This document shows positions 49,046 to 62,989 of a DNA stretch of 64,000 nucleotides, one piece after another (position 1 is the stretch's first letter; the number at the start of each line of letters is the position of its first letter). Source of the DNA: Ylistrum balloti (lineage: Eukaryota); the NCBI RefSeq assembly GCF_031769215.1, contig NW_026782356.1, positions 1,364,001 to 1,428,000 of the forward strand. The letters run 5' to 3'. Below the pieces are notes generated by a model. The model had not been told where the DNA came from and did no database searches. It was given only the letters and a program-made list of their open reading frames with translations. Position numbers and translations under genes: made by a program.

Positions 49046-50353
49046 AGTTGAAATAAGTTGTTTCGCAATTGTTGTAAAATAAATAAAAATTATATTATTG
49101 CATCTACAAGAGGAACCTTGTATAGTGATCACTATGTTACTTATGAGTTGGACTTGAATGATTCAGAATTTACACATAAACTACAAACCAACGAGTTATG
49201 GGAACACTGAAAAAGATAAAGACACTACAGGTTGTTTGTATATGATAAATTCACAGACACAACTAACTAGTCATAAATTTCATTGAGAAACAAAGATACG
49301 TACAACATTTATTTGACAATTATAAATAATCGGCATGTTATTTTTTCACATATTATTATAATGCTAAAAACAACCAATATTTCACTGTATTTACATTTCC
49401 GATTTGTATTTTCCATTTGGCCTAATCAGCAAAGTTGATGTTTCAACTTCTGTATACGTCAAATCTTTCCCGGCAAAAATGAAATTAGCTATTTTACAAC
49501 TCCATCCATGAGTGCGTACAGCGTTTCTAGGTAGTGTAAATATCAAAAAGTTTCGAAATTTAAATATAAGATTTTTTTTTCATTAATGTTAATTTGTGTA
49601 AACGGCATTTCGTTAAGATATATTACAATATAATACGCTAACGAGAGTCATTCAAAATATCTGTAAAAAAGATGTGAATCGGAAGAGAAAAATATTTCTT
49701 AAATCAACACGAACGCTTCGAGCCAGAAATGAATGACACGTTGACAAATGATTCCATACCATAAGGTTGAACTGTTCCGATGATTAGGTCTGAATCATAA
49801 GATGTTTGATTAACTTGTTTACACATAGATGTCTTAACGTAAATCAATAATTCGTAGAAGCATATATATATATATATATAATGTATAAAGGAAAGTGACT
49901 TTACATCGTTAAAACCTCAAATTATCATTGCTTTATGAAAACTACTAACAAGTTTGGGCATATTACTAAATTGCACAGTAACCGCATGGTTGCATTTTCG
50001 GAGCAGACGACAATCTCTTTATTGAAGGTAAACCTTCTATGTATTATGGGTAAAACTAACAAAGAAATCCACAGATATTCAAGTACAGCAAGTAACTCTA
50101 CACTGACACAGACGTGTATATCAACGTGGCAGTTTGCTGTGGTTTGACTACATGCACTATCTGTAAATTGAGGTAAAATTCGTGACTCAGGACGACAGAC
50201 CGATCACAGAGCTTGGGATCAGGTATTTTCTTCTTTAATTTTCATGCAGTGTAAGTTCTACCGTGTATCATACCGCTTAAAAAGAAGCAATCTTTTACTT
50301 GTGTGTGTTTTGGTCAATCTTTGCAGAAGTGAATACGTTAAGCCCTGGTCATC

Positions 50354-53300
50354 ATGTCGATTTCTACACAGAATATACCTCTGAACAATGGTATCAAAAT
50401 GCCAGTGTTTGGCCTGGGAACATGGCAGGTACGTTTTCAAAATCAAAATATGTTGTAAATACCGTATATATATGAAAGACCAAAGGGGTCACAATTCAAA
50501 CATTGCAACTCTGCTATAGCATTGCAAAATCCAAGTGGTTTCATTGAAGATCATCGTCATACTTTCATCAGATACCAATTACTTAGTAGTCAATCACAGT
50601 GAGACTGATAGTAGCGTACATCGTATGAGGGCATATGTCTAAAGCTGAATGTTACATGGTTGATTAGTGATTGTAAAAGTACTATAGCCATACCACTATT
50701 CATACCTACTTTCGCTTTGGTCGTGATTTCGAAACGTAATCGATGTCTCATAAAGCAACTTGAGGGCTAACTCTAGGGCCAGTGGTGACCTTTTGCCTTC
50801 AAAATGGATGTAGACCTGGGAACTAAACCCAGTTCATGGGTCCATGAGATCTCTTGTAAACTACGCTATCATGGACTCACTTAAACAGGAACATACCTAC
50901 TCGTAAACGTTGTGATTACTATGTTTCGTCTTAGAGATATTAAAACAAAAATGTTGATCCTTTTATAGATAAATAGCTGGACGTGCAGGCTGTCCTAGAA
51001 TCTCTAGATACTATGTACGACTAGAGCTTAGTCCCTATAATAGGAAACTGTAATATGTAGGACACCTTTTTTATCAAATGAAATATGACTGTGGTGTAAT
51101 CTGTAAAATTGTGGTCAGACAAATCGGGTATTGATGTATCATAAAGTATGATGTAAAAAGTGGGTCGAAAGGGTCAGCGGTCTAGCCTCTTACTCTCCGA
51201 GACTACGACCAACGCCAATGTTTTCGATATGACGACCAAAATGAAAGTAGCCATATTTCAGGCCCTGATGCAAAAGGATGTTATGGCTTGCATACCCCCC
51301 ATAGGTTACATGGTAAGCACACTGTATAGTATCGATACATTAAGATATGCGGTACTGTTATTTTTTGGGCCGTTGAAGACCATTGAAAACAACAGGCAAA
51401 ACTAACCAATGAACTGTCCGTTTATGCTTTCTAACAGCGTTGTCTGTTAATGAGATAAATATAATATGAATCTAGCATAATGAGAGTCAAGGATGTCATG
51501 TTTCTAATTTCAGATATCCCGTATTGTAAAATATACTTACGAAACTCCTGTCCAAACTATCGAGTTTACAATATAATATTTTAACATAAGAATGTAATAC
51601 AAGTTACAAAGCATTTTTTATTTTCGTTACTGCAACAACATTAATTATTTTAAACTCTAATCTGGATATATAGGCTTAATAAGCCTGCGTCCAATATATT
51701 ATTATTATTCATTATCATTAACATAATTGCATTGTTGGAAGTTTGAGCGTATAACCTACGTTGTACACGTTGTCAAACACAAAACTATTGTAAATCAAGT
51801 CACATTTGCTTCATTGAAATATCACAATGTTACAATAATTTTGAGTATCGGGGTGCAATGTAACAAAACTTTCTTTAGTTGTAACAAACCAATGAGTTAC
51901 AAGGATGTTGACCTCCTTTTGGCATTCAATATATATTCAGAGAATTGTATGATGCAATCAAATTGATTATTTGGCTCCAGTGTACCAATGTGTATTTGAT
52001 TCCTTTTTTAATTATCTTTAGATTGTGTTATTCACTTGTGTGTAACTTTACAAGCTGTTACATAAATCTGATACGCATTTTCACGTCATTTTGCAGACGA
52101 TATCAAAGAAAAACCGGTTATTAAGCTTTTGATTCCCTTAGCCTTATCCTTTCGTTTACCAACAAAACGACACTGAGGTCATCAAAGTGTTTTCATTCCG
52201 TAGAAATAGAACATACTTTATAAAACATGTTGCAGTAAATGTATCATAATTCCTTATTTAGTATGTTTTATGCATATCACTTTTTAAGGTCATTAGTTCT
52301 GTTTATAAATCCATACGTAAAATAACATGTTACAAATTGTTAGTTACAATGAATGATCTCTTTAATCAGACAATAGAGCAATCTGTTCAAAACTCATGAA
52401 TAGATGTTAGGCGCAGAGGCGTTAGGTTTAACATGTAAAAGTATGTGTAAAAAAACGATAAACGATATTGGTCGCCAAAGACTGAGACTGATGCCGCGTA
52501 ATCTGTGGTAGCATTGTGGGTAACCTTCAGTAAAGTCACATAATGAACGTAGATAAGGCCTTGTTATCAAAAGAACACACAGCTGATTATCTTTCTGATT
52601 AGAAACATTGTTAACGTGCTTAGAAGTAATTCCCTATGATGGTAAAACTTCTCTCATTTGCGTTTTGCAATCTTATTCGATCGCATAATATATATGTATC
52701 TGTCTTATTTGAGTTTATTTATCAACTTGTTACAGAGCAAATCCGAGGAGGTTAAAACGGCCGTCAGGACCGCCCTAGATGTTGGTTACCGTCTCATCGA
52801 CACTGCATTCAACTACCAAAACGAGGATTTAATAGGGGAAGTCCTGGAGGAGTATCTGAAAACAGACAGAGTTAAGAGAGAGGACCTGTTTATAACAACT
52901 AAGGTACATAACATTATAATGTGTCTATGAACTGGTAACAGAAAGGTCAATTGGAAGTTGCTAAATAGTGGGGATGTCCCAAAAATACATTGAGGAAAGG
53001 GAATGCTTCATTGTTAATTGAGGCGGAAGTGAAGGTGTCTGTTACTAAGTAGTCGGCAGTGAGGGAATCTGTTGTGAAGGAAGTCGGAAGTGATGGGATC
53101 TGTTGTTAAGGAAGTCGGACGTGAGGGAATCTGTTGTTAAGTATGACGAAAATGAGAACGCTTGTTGTGTCACGAAGATGAGGATGAACATTAAGAACTT
53201 ATTCAAGTTATATTACTTAAAGGAATTTCTTTATTCTATGATAAATCTTTGGTTAATCCAAATGATTTAAACGAATTATATTTGCAGTTAGGAAGCATCC

Positions 53301-56300
53301 TTACTCGACCGACAGATGTTGGATATTCCCTGTCGGAGAGCCTTCGAAAACTACGACTTTCCTACGTCGATTTGTTCCTTATACACATCCCTCTGGTGTT
53401 GAAGGTGAGTTATAACGTCATAATGAGCAGCAAATATTGTTCACATACCGATATATCTTCAGAGGTTTTCGTTTCCATATGCAGAGTTTGTTACATTCGT
53501 GGATCCAATTTTGTCTCCTAAAAATGATAGCACAAGTTATCACAATCAAATATCAATGCATGATCGTTTATTGGCAAATTTTCAACCAACAAGGATGAAT
53601 TCGTGAATATATTAATTACTACATAAGCAGCACAGAGAGACTGCAATAAACACTTAAATAAGACTACCACTTAAATACATATGTTTACAGTATATAATCA
53701 TGGATATGTCAACACACACTGGCGCTATGGCGTGAGAGGGCAGACCGAGGTTCGTCAGATCAGTTAAAACATGGATGTTCTTTGCATTAATGTAAATCAT
53801 ATTTTATTTTTGATAGAAGACAGTTCCATAAAATATGCCGCAAACTTAAACCCACCATTACACAATTAACCATTGTTCTCATTTGGAAACGTCCAACCAA
53901 ATAAACGTTATCAATCACATTTAACTCAGCCAAAGGTACATACTATGAGGAAATGAGCAGAGCATGTTTTTGGCTTGCTTAGTTTACTTCTGTGACTGTA
54001 TTTTTACTGTGTTCTCCAACAGTAAAGAAGTCCCTTCACTCTACATTTTTCAAATATTGGATAAGATAGTGTTGCAAGTGATGCTCCATAATATGTGTGG
54101 TTTAAAACGTGGCAAAAGGGATGCAATTCATTATTGCAAATCGGTGTTTTAAAACAATTGAAATTAAGAAATGTATAACTGTCATGAGGACAAAACAAGG
54201 ATGATTAGATATGAGTTCATTGACTTAGATTAGAGAACAGAGTGATTTACCTTTATAACAATGTAAAAGCAATGTAAGAGTGTGCATGTATATGATTAAT
54301 ACTCTTTCAGATCGGATATGTCTCTTTCTCTACTCACACATTGAAATGACGAAATGTGCTCAATATGTGTAATAAACCATGGCATATTCTCAGTAACATC
54401 AGGATGTAGCTTAGTCATCTCCAAAACAGCTAAGGTGTTTCATAAAAAGGTTGGAAAATCTAAATTATAGACACTTGAGAAATCGCTCATGAACACTGAC
54501 ACCTTTTTAATAATGTGACAATCTTTCATTAAATGGGTAGGATTTTTGGGGTACGTTTTATATCAACTAGCACACTACACACTTTTCTGTTCTTGGATCC
54601 AACAAATTAATAATATTTTAGTTATGATCATCAAGTTTTATTTACCTGCTTTTTTTAAAACAAGGCTGTCTTGTTTTTTGTGGCCAGAACAGGTAAATAG
54701 AGAGATCCAACGATCTATGTTTACTTAGCCGCCCTATATTTGACTGTCCAATGAGATAGTCACATAAGACAGTCAGTTACAGTAACATATAAAACAGTTA
54801 CACGTAACATGCTCAATTAAAGTACATCACGAACCATGGTTGACATCATTGTTATTCATTAGGTAATTCTTTTTAAAGAAAAATGACCCGGGAAATCTTT
54901 TTCCCATGAAAGATGGCCAGCTCGATCATGATGGAAATGTTGACTTCGAAGGGGTCTGGAAGGTAAGCAAATAATGTGTTTTTAATTCTTTTTACATATT
55001 AATGAGTAAAATAATTTTGTCGTTATAAGAAATAACAATATGTAATAACATTTACTATTGTATGGCTTTGATTACCTATGAATATATTTCACGAAACGTA
55101 CACAGTCCATTAGTGCAAACAAATCCATCATTACATAACTTCATATTTTTATCCAATTACATGTTGACAGGAGATGGAAAACCTTGTTTTCGAAGGAAAA
55201 GCAAAAAGCATCGGCGTATCAAACTTCAATGCTTCTCAAGTAGAACGTATCTTGAAGGTTGCACGTGTTAAGCCAGTGGTAAATCAGGTACAGTTTTCAT
55301 ACCAAAGGAGATTCTCTGATATCTGGATACTTCCTACAATCCCCATCTTCATATCTAGTCCAGACTATCTAATTATGTCAAATGCAGACAGTGACATTTC
55401 CGCGTGATCTATTGTTTGTTTACATTTTTCTTAATAGCTTAGGTATATTGATTTATTTGATAGACATATGTATGCAATATTAGGAAAACAAGAGAAAACA
55501 TGATGATATTGACTTTTAACAGGTTGAGTGTCACGCCTACCTTCAACAGAGAAAGCTAGAGAACGTTTTACAGAAGAATGGTATTGTAATAATGGCTTAT
55601 GGTCCAATTGGATCCCCTGGTAGTTCAGCAATGCTCACGTGAGTTTGTCTATGATATAGCACAACAACAATAATAAGATGAGTTCCGGCATTAAGAGACA
55701 GTATTACGTTAATTGTTATACTTTCCATTTTCACGTCAACAAAACGAAAATCTTCGGTAATAATAAGAAAAAATACAAATTTAAACACGAATTAAGTCAG
55801 TCTCGAAACAGGTGGAATTTTATTACAAGTTGAATATTGCAAGCTTGTGAGTATACTGTAAATTGTTTATACATATTTAAAATGAATTCATTGGTTTTGT
55901 TTCTCATCAAAATAGTTTCATGTCCATTGTTTCAAATATGTTACAAGATATCATAAGATTTTCCGTAAAATCACATCTTCTGGTTCGAAATTGCTTTAAG
56001 ACATCGGCAGTCTTAATGATGAACATGTATATATAAGTAATTGTAAAGTAATAGATACAACGAGAAAACAAAATGTCTTAACCTTATACATAAATTTCAC
56101 ACTCATTGAAATGTATTACTTGATTGATTATAATAATTTATATTATAAATAGCGAAAAACGACTAAAATGTTGAACAAATGGTTGATTTTGTCTCCATTG
56201 TTAGTGCCATCAATTATAAATGTTTCATGTTAATGGTAATGTACAGGGTACCAGGAGAGGCCCCGCCACCCGTACTATTAGAGGATCCTGTCATAGCAAA

Positions 56301-58228
56301 CTTGGCAACAAAATACAACAAGAGCCCAGCCCAGGTAACGCATGACGTAGACTGAAAGATTGTCATCGTATCAAATTTTAGGACGAACGATGCAACGTTC
56401 AATGATTCATATATTAAAGTAGTACCAAATAGACAGAACATAACCATATGAATTTGACTCATATGTCACCCAAGGGAGAAAAGGGAAAAATAAGTTGTAT
56501 GAAACAATACCTGAATGTTAAAGATGAAATTGAAATTAAGTAAATAGCAATACCTTAACAACTTGGAAATAAGGAATGTCTTATTTGTTATTAATACTAA
56601 GGAAATATTTATTTATTTATGAAGGAAACTATAGGCTTGCTTCAGGTTAGGCTTATATTTCTTTTAGGTCGGCTTGTTTCCTAGCTTATAGGGTATATGT
56701 CCGGTTGTGAATCCGATAATCAGTCATTGCAAATAAAACTATTTTATAAAAAAAATGACTTGTACGCTTAGATATTTGTGTGCCTGTTAGTTACCATAAA
56801 TAAGCATGTATTTCTAAATCATGCTATGTACATTTATTTGTGAGAATTGTCTTAAAATTTGATGAAAGTAACGACATATTCATGGCAGATAAAATATCAT
56901 TAATTAAAATGGATTAAAAGTATAGTCAATAAGAAATGTAAAAAAAATCAATGAAATTGACATTCATCTCTCAAATATCATTTCAGATTTTAATAAGGAA
57001 TCTACTTCAAAGGAATTTGATAGTTATCCCAAAGAGTGTCACGCCCAGCAGAATACGGGAGAATGGAAACGTAAGGAAAACTGTGAATTTAATCAATTAA
57101 TTACAGAAATGCCATTGCTTAACGAATATTGAAGAAGATTAAAGTTCTGGTTCATGTATGATTGTGATATGTTATATCATTTATGAATATTAAAATAGTC
57201 GACCGTCTATAGGACACATGAAATGACACAATGTTAAATATAATACTTTGTGTAGTTTTTTAATATAATATGAACAACAAACATCTTTATTTTTACGCAG
57301 ATAATTGTTATCCTTTATGGTGTTCATTGAAACAACGAGCATCAACTTCTCTTTTCGTTATATCATCATGGTTGTTTTATATTAGAATAATACATATTTC
57401 AGGTGTTTGATTTCAATCTTTCACCAGAGGACATGCTCACCATTGAAAGAATTGACAAGGACTTGCGAATGTTCAAATTCCATATGTAAGAAGTCTATCA
57501 ATATATATCAATTATTTTGCTGATATCAAATTTATATATGGCAGAATGACTTTTCTGTATTTCTTAAGACGATGAGCTTTTCTCAGGAGTTAATTCAAAG
57601 ATGAATGTTTTCATATACTGTATCTTAGCTGTATAGTTATTCGCAAAATGTATGATATCCGTACTGCGGAATTGCTTGCCCATTGGTACCAAATGTAAAT
57701 ATATTCACCATAAGGTATTATCTTCGAACACTACTGTGAGATATAACATGTCAATACAATTGTTTTAAATAATATTTCTGTCCAATAAGGTGGTCTTTTC
57801 ATGTCATTTTTTATCCTTGAACTAGCAGTGCATAACATTTTAGGTGTTGTTTTGATACCTTTATTTCTGTTCTATGATATCGAACAATCTAGGAGCGATA
57901 ATTTCTTCAAATGAATTTCACTGATGTTGAAGGTATATGGCAAAAACGGAATTACTACCCCTACCCCCTTTTGTCACCTTGTTATTTATTTCACAAACAC
58001 TATACAAAGATATAATAAATAAAAGGTGTTTTTATACTTAGTTCACAATTTGCTATTTTTATTTACAACGGTCGTTGTTTGAACAATGATTGATTCAGAT
58101 TTTTATTTTTTTAATTCCCTTTTTATGACCCTGTAATATGATGCAGTGTTTTATCATACTAATTATTTTCATTTTTATTTTGCAGAATGATCAATGCTCC
58201 TGATTTTCCATTCAGTGATCCTGTATAG
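50354..58228 (+). CDS. Aldo-keto reductase, AKR1 family (AKR1A1/aldose reductase-like), 324 aa, 10 coding exons
   Basis: Exons 50354-50428, 52736-52903, 53288-53404, 54879-54962, 55171-55287, 55523-55638, 56247-56334, 56987-57070, 57403-57485, 58186-58228; 975 nt in frame. Motifs [83 protein letters not shown]. Probable 5' UTR intron 50223-50326. Confidence 0.96.
53030..53140. repeat. ~31-bp degenerate tandem repeat (3-4 copies) in an AKR intron
   Basis: aagtcggaagtga(t)gggaatctgttgttaag-type units. Confidence 0.7.
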
Positions 58229-59399
58229 AAAATGAATTGTTTGATGTTTTACTATGGAATAAGTGATAGAACATTTAATATAACATAACGTTTATTTCGG
58301 GGTTATTCCTTGCAATATCGGGTGTGGTTACTTCGAGGTTTTCGGTGTGTATAGCGACAACAGTGAATCATCCGATCGAAGGACAACATAAAAAACGGGT
58401 TTTTTGTCAAGTGACCTTGGTAATGAGATCAAAATATATATATTTGTCATTAGATGTTTATAATAGATTTTAGACCGCTGTTTCCTTAACGTTTTCGACA
58501 TATAGTAGAACATTTCTCGTGTATCGATATTAAGATCTTAAAAATAACAAGTACTCATGCTTTTATGACGTTCCCATTATTGTCTGGACATATTTTCATA
58601 AACATTGTCTGCTATGTATTTTGATTGAAATATCATAGATAATACAGAATATATCACTTTGCACATTAACGTGACATAACAGACACGGTCATCACAACAG
58701 AATCTAGTTCAGTATGTATGAATTAACAGAGTGTTCAGGTATATTTAAGTCTAACATGGTATCAATCAATCTATCTAACACAGGGGAACAATCTATATTA
58801 TAATTTAACAAATACATCTAGATCTTTTTATGAATTTTTATCTTGAATTGTACACTCATAGTTTTCAACAACAATACAATCGTTTCTATCCCTTTTATGT
58901 AAACAAGACATAAAACACATAAACGTATGTATATATTGGATGTTCTCGTTGTTTGTTATTATTTTGTTTATTTCGTGTTATAATTAATGGACTTTTCCAA
59001 TGGTTACAACCCCACCGAAAAAAAAAAAAAGAAAAAAAAAGGGAAATTAATCTTCGGGAATAGGATAGAAACGCGACTTGTGAACATCGTATACAATTGG
59101 TTTGTATTTCAAGTTGACTCACTTTTGTTAATTCATATTTGTTTGAAATCCCCACATGGAGTTTCTTAACAGATACCATTCAACTTATACATGCTTTTAA
59201 TTTATTTTTTACATAATCAACTAGTTGAAGTTTTCGCAGAATGTTTATTCAATATCGAAAATTTGCAAATGATGCGTATTTCGAGGCTTTATGAATTAAA
59301 GTTAAAATATCTATTTTACAACAGTAAAAAAGGTCAAAATAAGGAAAGTACGCATTTCATTCACCATACCAAGATAGAAGTGTCGGCATTCTCCTATGA

Positions 59400-60896
59400 T
59401 TATATAGCACCAGAATGTGGTGGCGCAGGACCAATTAGGCTGCAAACTGCCTGAGGACCACTACTACTGCCAAACAGTAGATTGTGATCTGGATCCGGAC
59501 ATCGACAGATTTGACTACCATCGTTGTAGTCCGTGCCTGCAGAAATTTTCTTGTTTCCAACAAAACAATTCGGCCCTGTAGAAAAAAGAATGTACCCTTC
59601 TTACATTAATTTTCTAATATCTAAACTTTACCAGTACTGTTATCAAAATAGAATACGTAATTGTAGTTCACTATAACTAAAATGATTCAGTATCAAAATT
59701 AAAGCAAGAATGATGACAGAAACTTTGCCATACATGTACTGGGTAAGCACTTCATAAAAAATGTCAAAGCAATCAGTTACTACATAATTATGGTGACATG
59801 AGTTAATATCAACTCCGATGTGGTGATACTGTTCACTCACCATTTGGACAGACATGACAACAGGTTCCTGGTTCAACGACGGCATCCACACACTCGAGTG
59901 GTTTTATTATGCAGTTGTTGAGAGAACAATTGCTGATATGTGTAAATACATTGCAATGACATTCCAAGCATGGTGATGGATGAAAGACCTCTTCAAAATA
60001 CATCTTCCCCATATACGTACAGCCCAAAGGTTTGCATAGAGCAGGTTTCCCTCCTTCCAGACAGCTACACAGAGTTCTTTCGTCTACTCTGTACTGCTGA
60101 CCAGCAGGAATAGTCACATTACCATATCCACAGTTTGCTCCTGTGGAGGTAGGGCATGATGTATAATTTAGCAAACGCCGGGAGATTATTATACATGTAA
60201 CTGAAAATTGTGTTAAAACGATGATAGCCCAAGTTTTTACTTGCGAAAAGATCAACCTATAAATGAAAGTATCAGTTAAATTTTGTCATCCAACTTGAAA
60301 TATCTATCGCGCGTCTTCATCTTCTAAATCTTCCTAATTGTTGAATGGAACATGATTCTGTCCATCGCATTTATTTCACCAATGTACATCGTAGGTTACG
60401 ACTAGACATTCAAAAATATATTTAGAATCTTGAGCATTGGGCCAACACAGTAATGTGATATAGTGTGAGGAGTTAGATATGAAGAAAAGGCAACTGATCA
60501 TCATAAATACAATTCTTTTTCATATCAGGGCATATTTGGCTAGTTGCCTTGACAATTAAGAGTACATCCACACATATTTGAATTAATCACCACGATGAAG
60601 TTTTGGAAACAGATATATTTTTAATCTTTACCATTAGGACAATGGGGACAGCCGCATTTGGGAGTAACCGGGTCAGCACAAGGAGGGGGCTCAAAAGAGC
60701 AGTCCGCATAAATACAAGAAATATGTCCCCTTTGGCATTCACACCGGGCAAAACAAGATTGGCTGAAATGTTCACCATCATGGTATTCTGTTCCGTTCCA
60801 CCAACACGTCAGTTCAGGAGGTAAGGGAGTTGGTATGATATTAGACGTGGCAGTGTTTAAAACTGTAACTCCGAAGAAGAGTATGACGACGTCCAT
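59400..60896 (-). CDS. Secreted von Willebrand factor type C (VWC) domain protein (VWC2L/brorin/kielin-like), 246 aa, 3 exons
   Basis: Exons 60896-60632, 60140-59841, 59575-59400; phase-1 introns, 741 nt in frame. Signal peptide MDVVILFFGVTVLNTATS; VWC repeats C.WNGTEYHDGEHF..SC..RCEC..G.ISC...C...C..P....C.CPHC and CTYMG..Y...F.PSPC..C.C...C.....C......C......PGTCC.VCPNG; PNC-type interdomain modules. Confidence 0.9.
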
Positions 60897-61334
60897 GTTT
60901 AGTACTGCCCAGGACAAGACATGTCCTTATCTCAGTTAAGCGCACGTGTTTTCTCCCACTGACCGTATCCGGGTTTCGTATTATAAAAATATCGAAAGCT
61001 GCTAGCGAACAGGTATTACATATCGCGGCAGGAAAGATATGTTCACGTTCTTTGCAAGGCGAATCACGAACTAGAACAATAATTATTTCATAATCTCTTC
61101 TGAGAAAAAAAACCAAATCATAGCAGTACAGAATGCATGACATTCAGGTGGTCAAATTGTCTAAGATCTAACTTTAGTATTAGGTATGATTTATCGGAAG
61201 CTTTTTTAAAAATAATTTTATATGCGATAGACTATTTTTAATAGGAAATAGCAAAAGTCTTGTTTCGTTAAAATTGTTTAAAGTGATACCAGGATAAGAA
61301 GGAAACAGTAACGTGAGAAACGCTAAAAATTTCC

Positions 61335-61376
61335 TAACACTGACGAGTTCTAAAAGAACGAAACAGCTGTATGATG
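61335..61376 (+). ncRNA. Minimal type I hammerhead ribozyme motif with an intact catalytic core
   Basis: CTGACGA 61340-61346; stem II GTTC/GAAC (61347-50/61356-59) with loop TAAAA; GAAA 61360-63; C-AGCT-G palindromic stem III; GTA cleavage triplet 61369-61371; stem I has one mismatch. Confidence 0.78.
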
Positions 61377-61669
61377 CCGTTCATTTCATTGTTTGACTCT
61401 ATGGTATCTAGTTCTAAATTTGTATCAAAAAGTGCTACTCATTTTCTTCGAAATTGCAGGTGGTAGACACCGCTGGTGAATGCGGCATGCCATGCTTTAA
61501 TCTATTCGAATGATGGCAGATAGACTTAATTATAGTATAAAACTATCAAATATATTAATATGACGAAATTTATTGAATTATGGGCTAGTGCAACTTCTCC
61601 ATCTAAATTTTTACTTGTCTTTCGATCACTTTGTATTATCCTCAGTAGCCTCCCAGGTTTCAACACGTA

Positions 61670-61725
61670 GGCCCTTAGTATCACTGACGAGTTCATGAAA
61701 GATGATACATCTTAGATGCAGTTTG
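61670..61725 (+). ncRNA. Second, degenerate hammerhead copy, 344 nt downstream of the first
   Basis: gcccttagtatcaCTGACGAgttcatgaaagatGATACatcttagatgcag; flanks match the 36.5-kb and 61.35-kb copies, but stem II and GAAA are damaged. Confidence 0.5.
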
Positions 61726-62302
61726 ATTCATCTTAACTGTACTGTATCTAACACAAAATTAGTATGTAACAGTGCTAATCTCTTGTGTCTTTTGAACAGT
61801 ACTTGTATTGAAACTGCATACAAACCTAATACTTGACCACGTTCTAAAATTAGACTATTTCAGACTTGGTCATTACAAAAGAGGGGATCACCGTGCTTTG
61901 TCATTGCATCTTTAGATAAAAAATCCCTTCTCCAACATCTTTTAAGTATTTATCGATTAAAGAATGAATCTGGTATTTTGAACTGATTTCCTATTCTAGA
62001 CTGTGTAAAGGGGAAAAGGTGTTTAATTCGTGTATGTTATCAGTCACTCATTTACAACTATCTCACAATTCATAGTACAGGATAACTATTCACAGTATCA
62101 TTTAGCGCCTGATCTATTACAGTAAACTCATTCAGTGTTGAGAATACCTCATTATAATTCCACATCATCAGGTTTCGTGTTTTGACATTAGCCAATAACA
62201 TCCCGTAGAAGAGGTCAATCGAAATCAGAAAGATCGATAATTTTGATAATTATAAGCAGGTTTAAATGTTTATTGAATTGAAGGGCGTCAGGTAATTAAT
62301 AA

Positions 62303-62489
62303 TCATTTGTTAAGGTAGCCTAAGAATCCATGGGTGGGGTCACAAGCATGTGGAGTCGGCAGTGGATGAGTGGGCGGGGTTAATTGTTGACAAACTGCTT
62401 GATAACCACTAAATCCATATGTAAGTGCGACCAGTCGATATATTCCTGGTTAAACGGAAGTATCTTGTTTCCAACAAAACAATTCTCAC
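62303..62489 (-). pseudogene. Frameshifted terminal exon of a second VWC-protein paralog (upstream exons lie outside the window)
   Basis: Acceptor ctacag| then G-ENCFVGNKILPFNQEYIDWS (homologous to G-PNCFVGNKKISAGTDYNDGS at 59575). The homologous QAVC segment (ALTYGFSGYQAVCQQLTPP...) appears only in a shifted frame; in-frame stop at 62380-62382. Confidence 0.7.
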
Positions 62490-62989
62490 CTGTAGATAGA
62501 AAACAGATTCACACTCTATATAGGTTTTTATTACAAATACAGAAAAAAATTCGGACATACGTATTTAAACGTGATCACTTTAAATAAATATTATTCACAA
62601 TACCCACAATATGAAATTTAATATATACACATTACATTTATAGCTAGAACGTGTCACAAAAATATACTAATTTTTCACTGTACATTAATATTACATCAAC
62701 GACTCGGTGACGGGAACAAGAATCAGACCGAAAGTCAATTTGCATGGAATACAACAAACGCAATATGTCCATACATATTCACCCTCCTTCGCTGAATTGT
62801 TATGGATAACAAACAGACAGAAACCTTGTATTAAAGTTTGTTTTTGGAGGATTGGTCCGACAATACAAAAGAGATTATTTTTCAGTCAACATGTGCGCCA
62901 CCTCTAACTCGAAATCCTCGATCCGCGCCTGCAAAGTAATTCCCAGTGGTCGGTTATGTAACAAATGAACTTTGTTTAGTCAATTACGA

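Noticed and set aside
61610-61650. Minus-strand CTGAGGA...GAAAG as a fourth hammerhead
   Set aside because: Stem II is poorly paired and there is no stem III/NUH; at best a heavily decayed relic.
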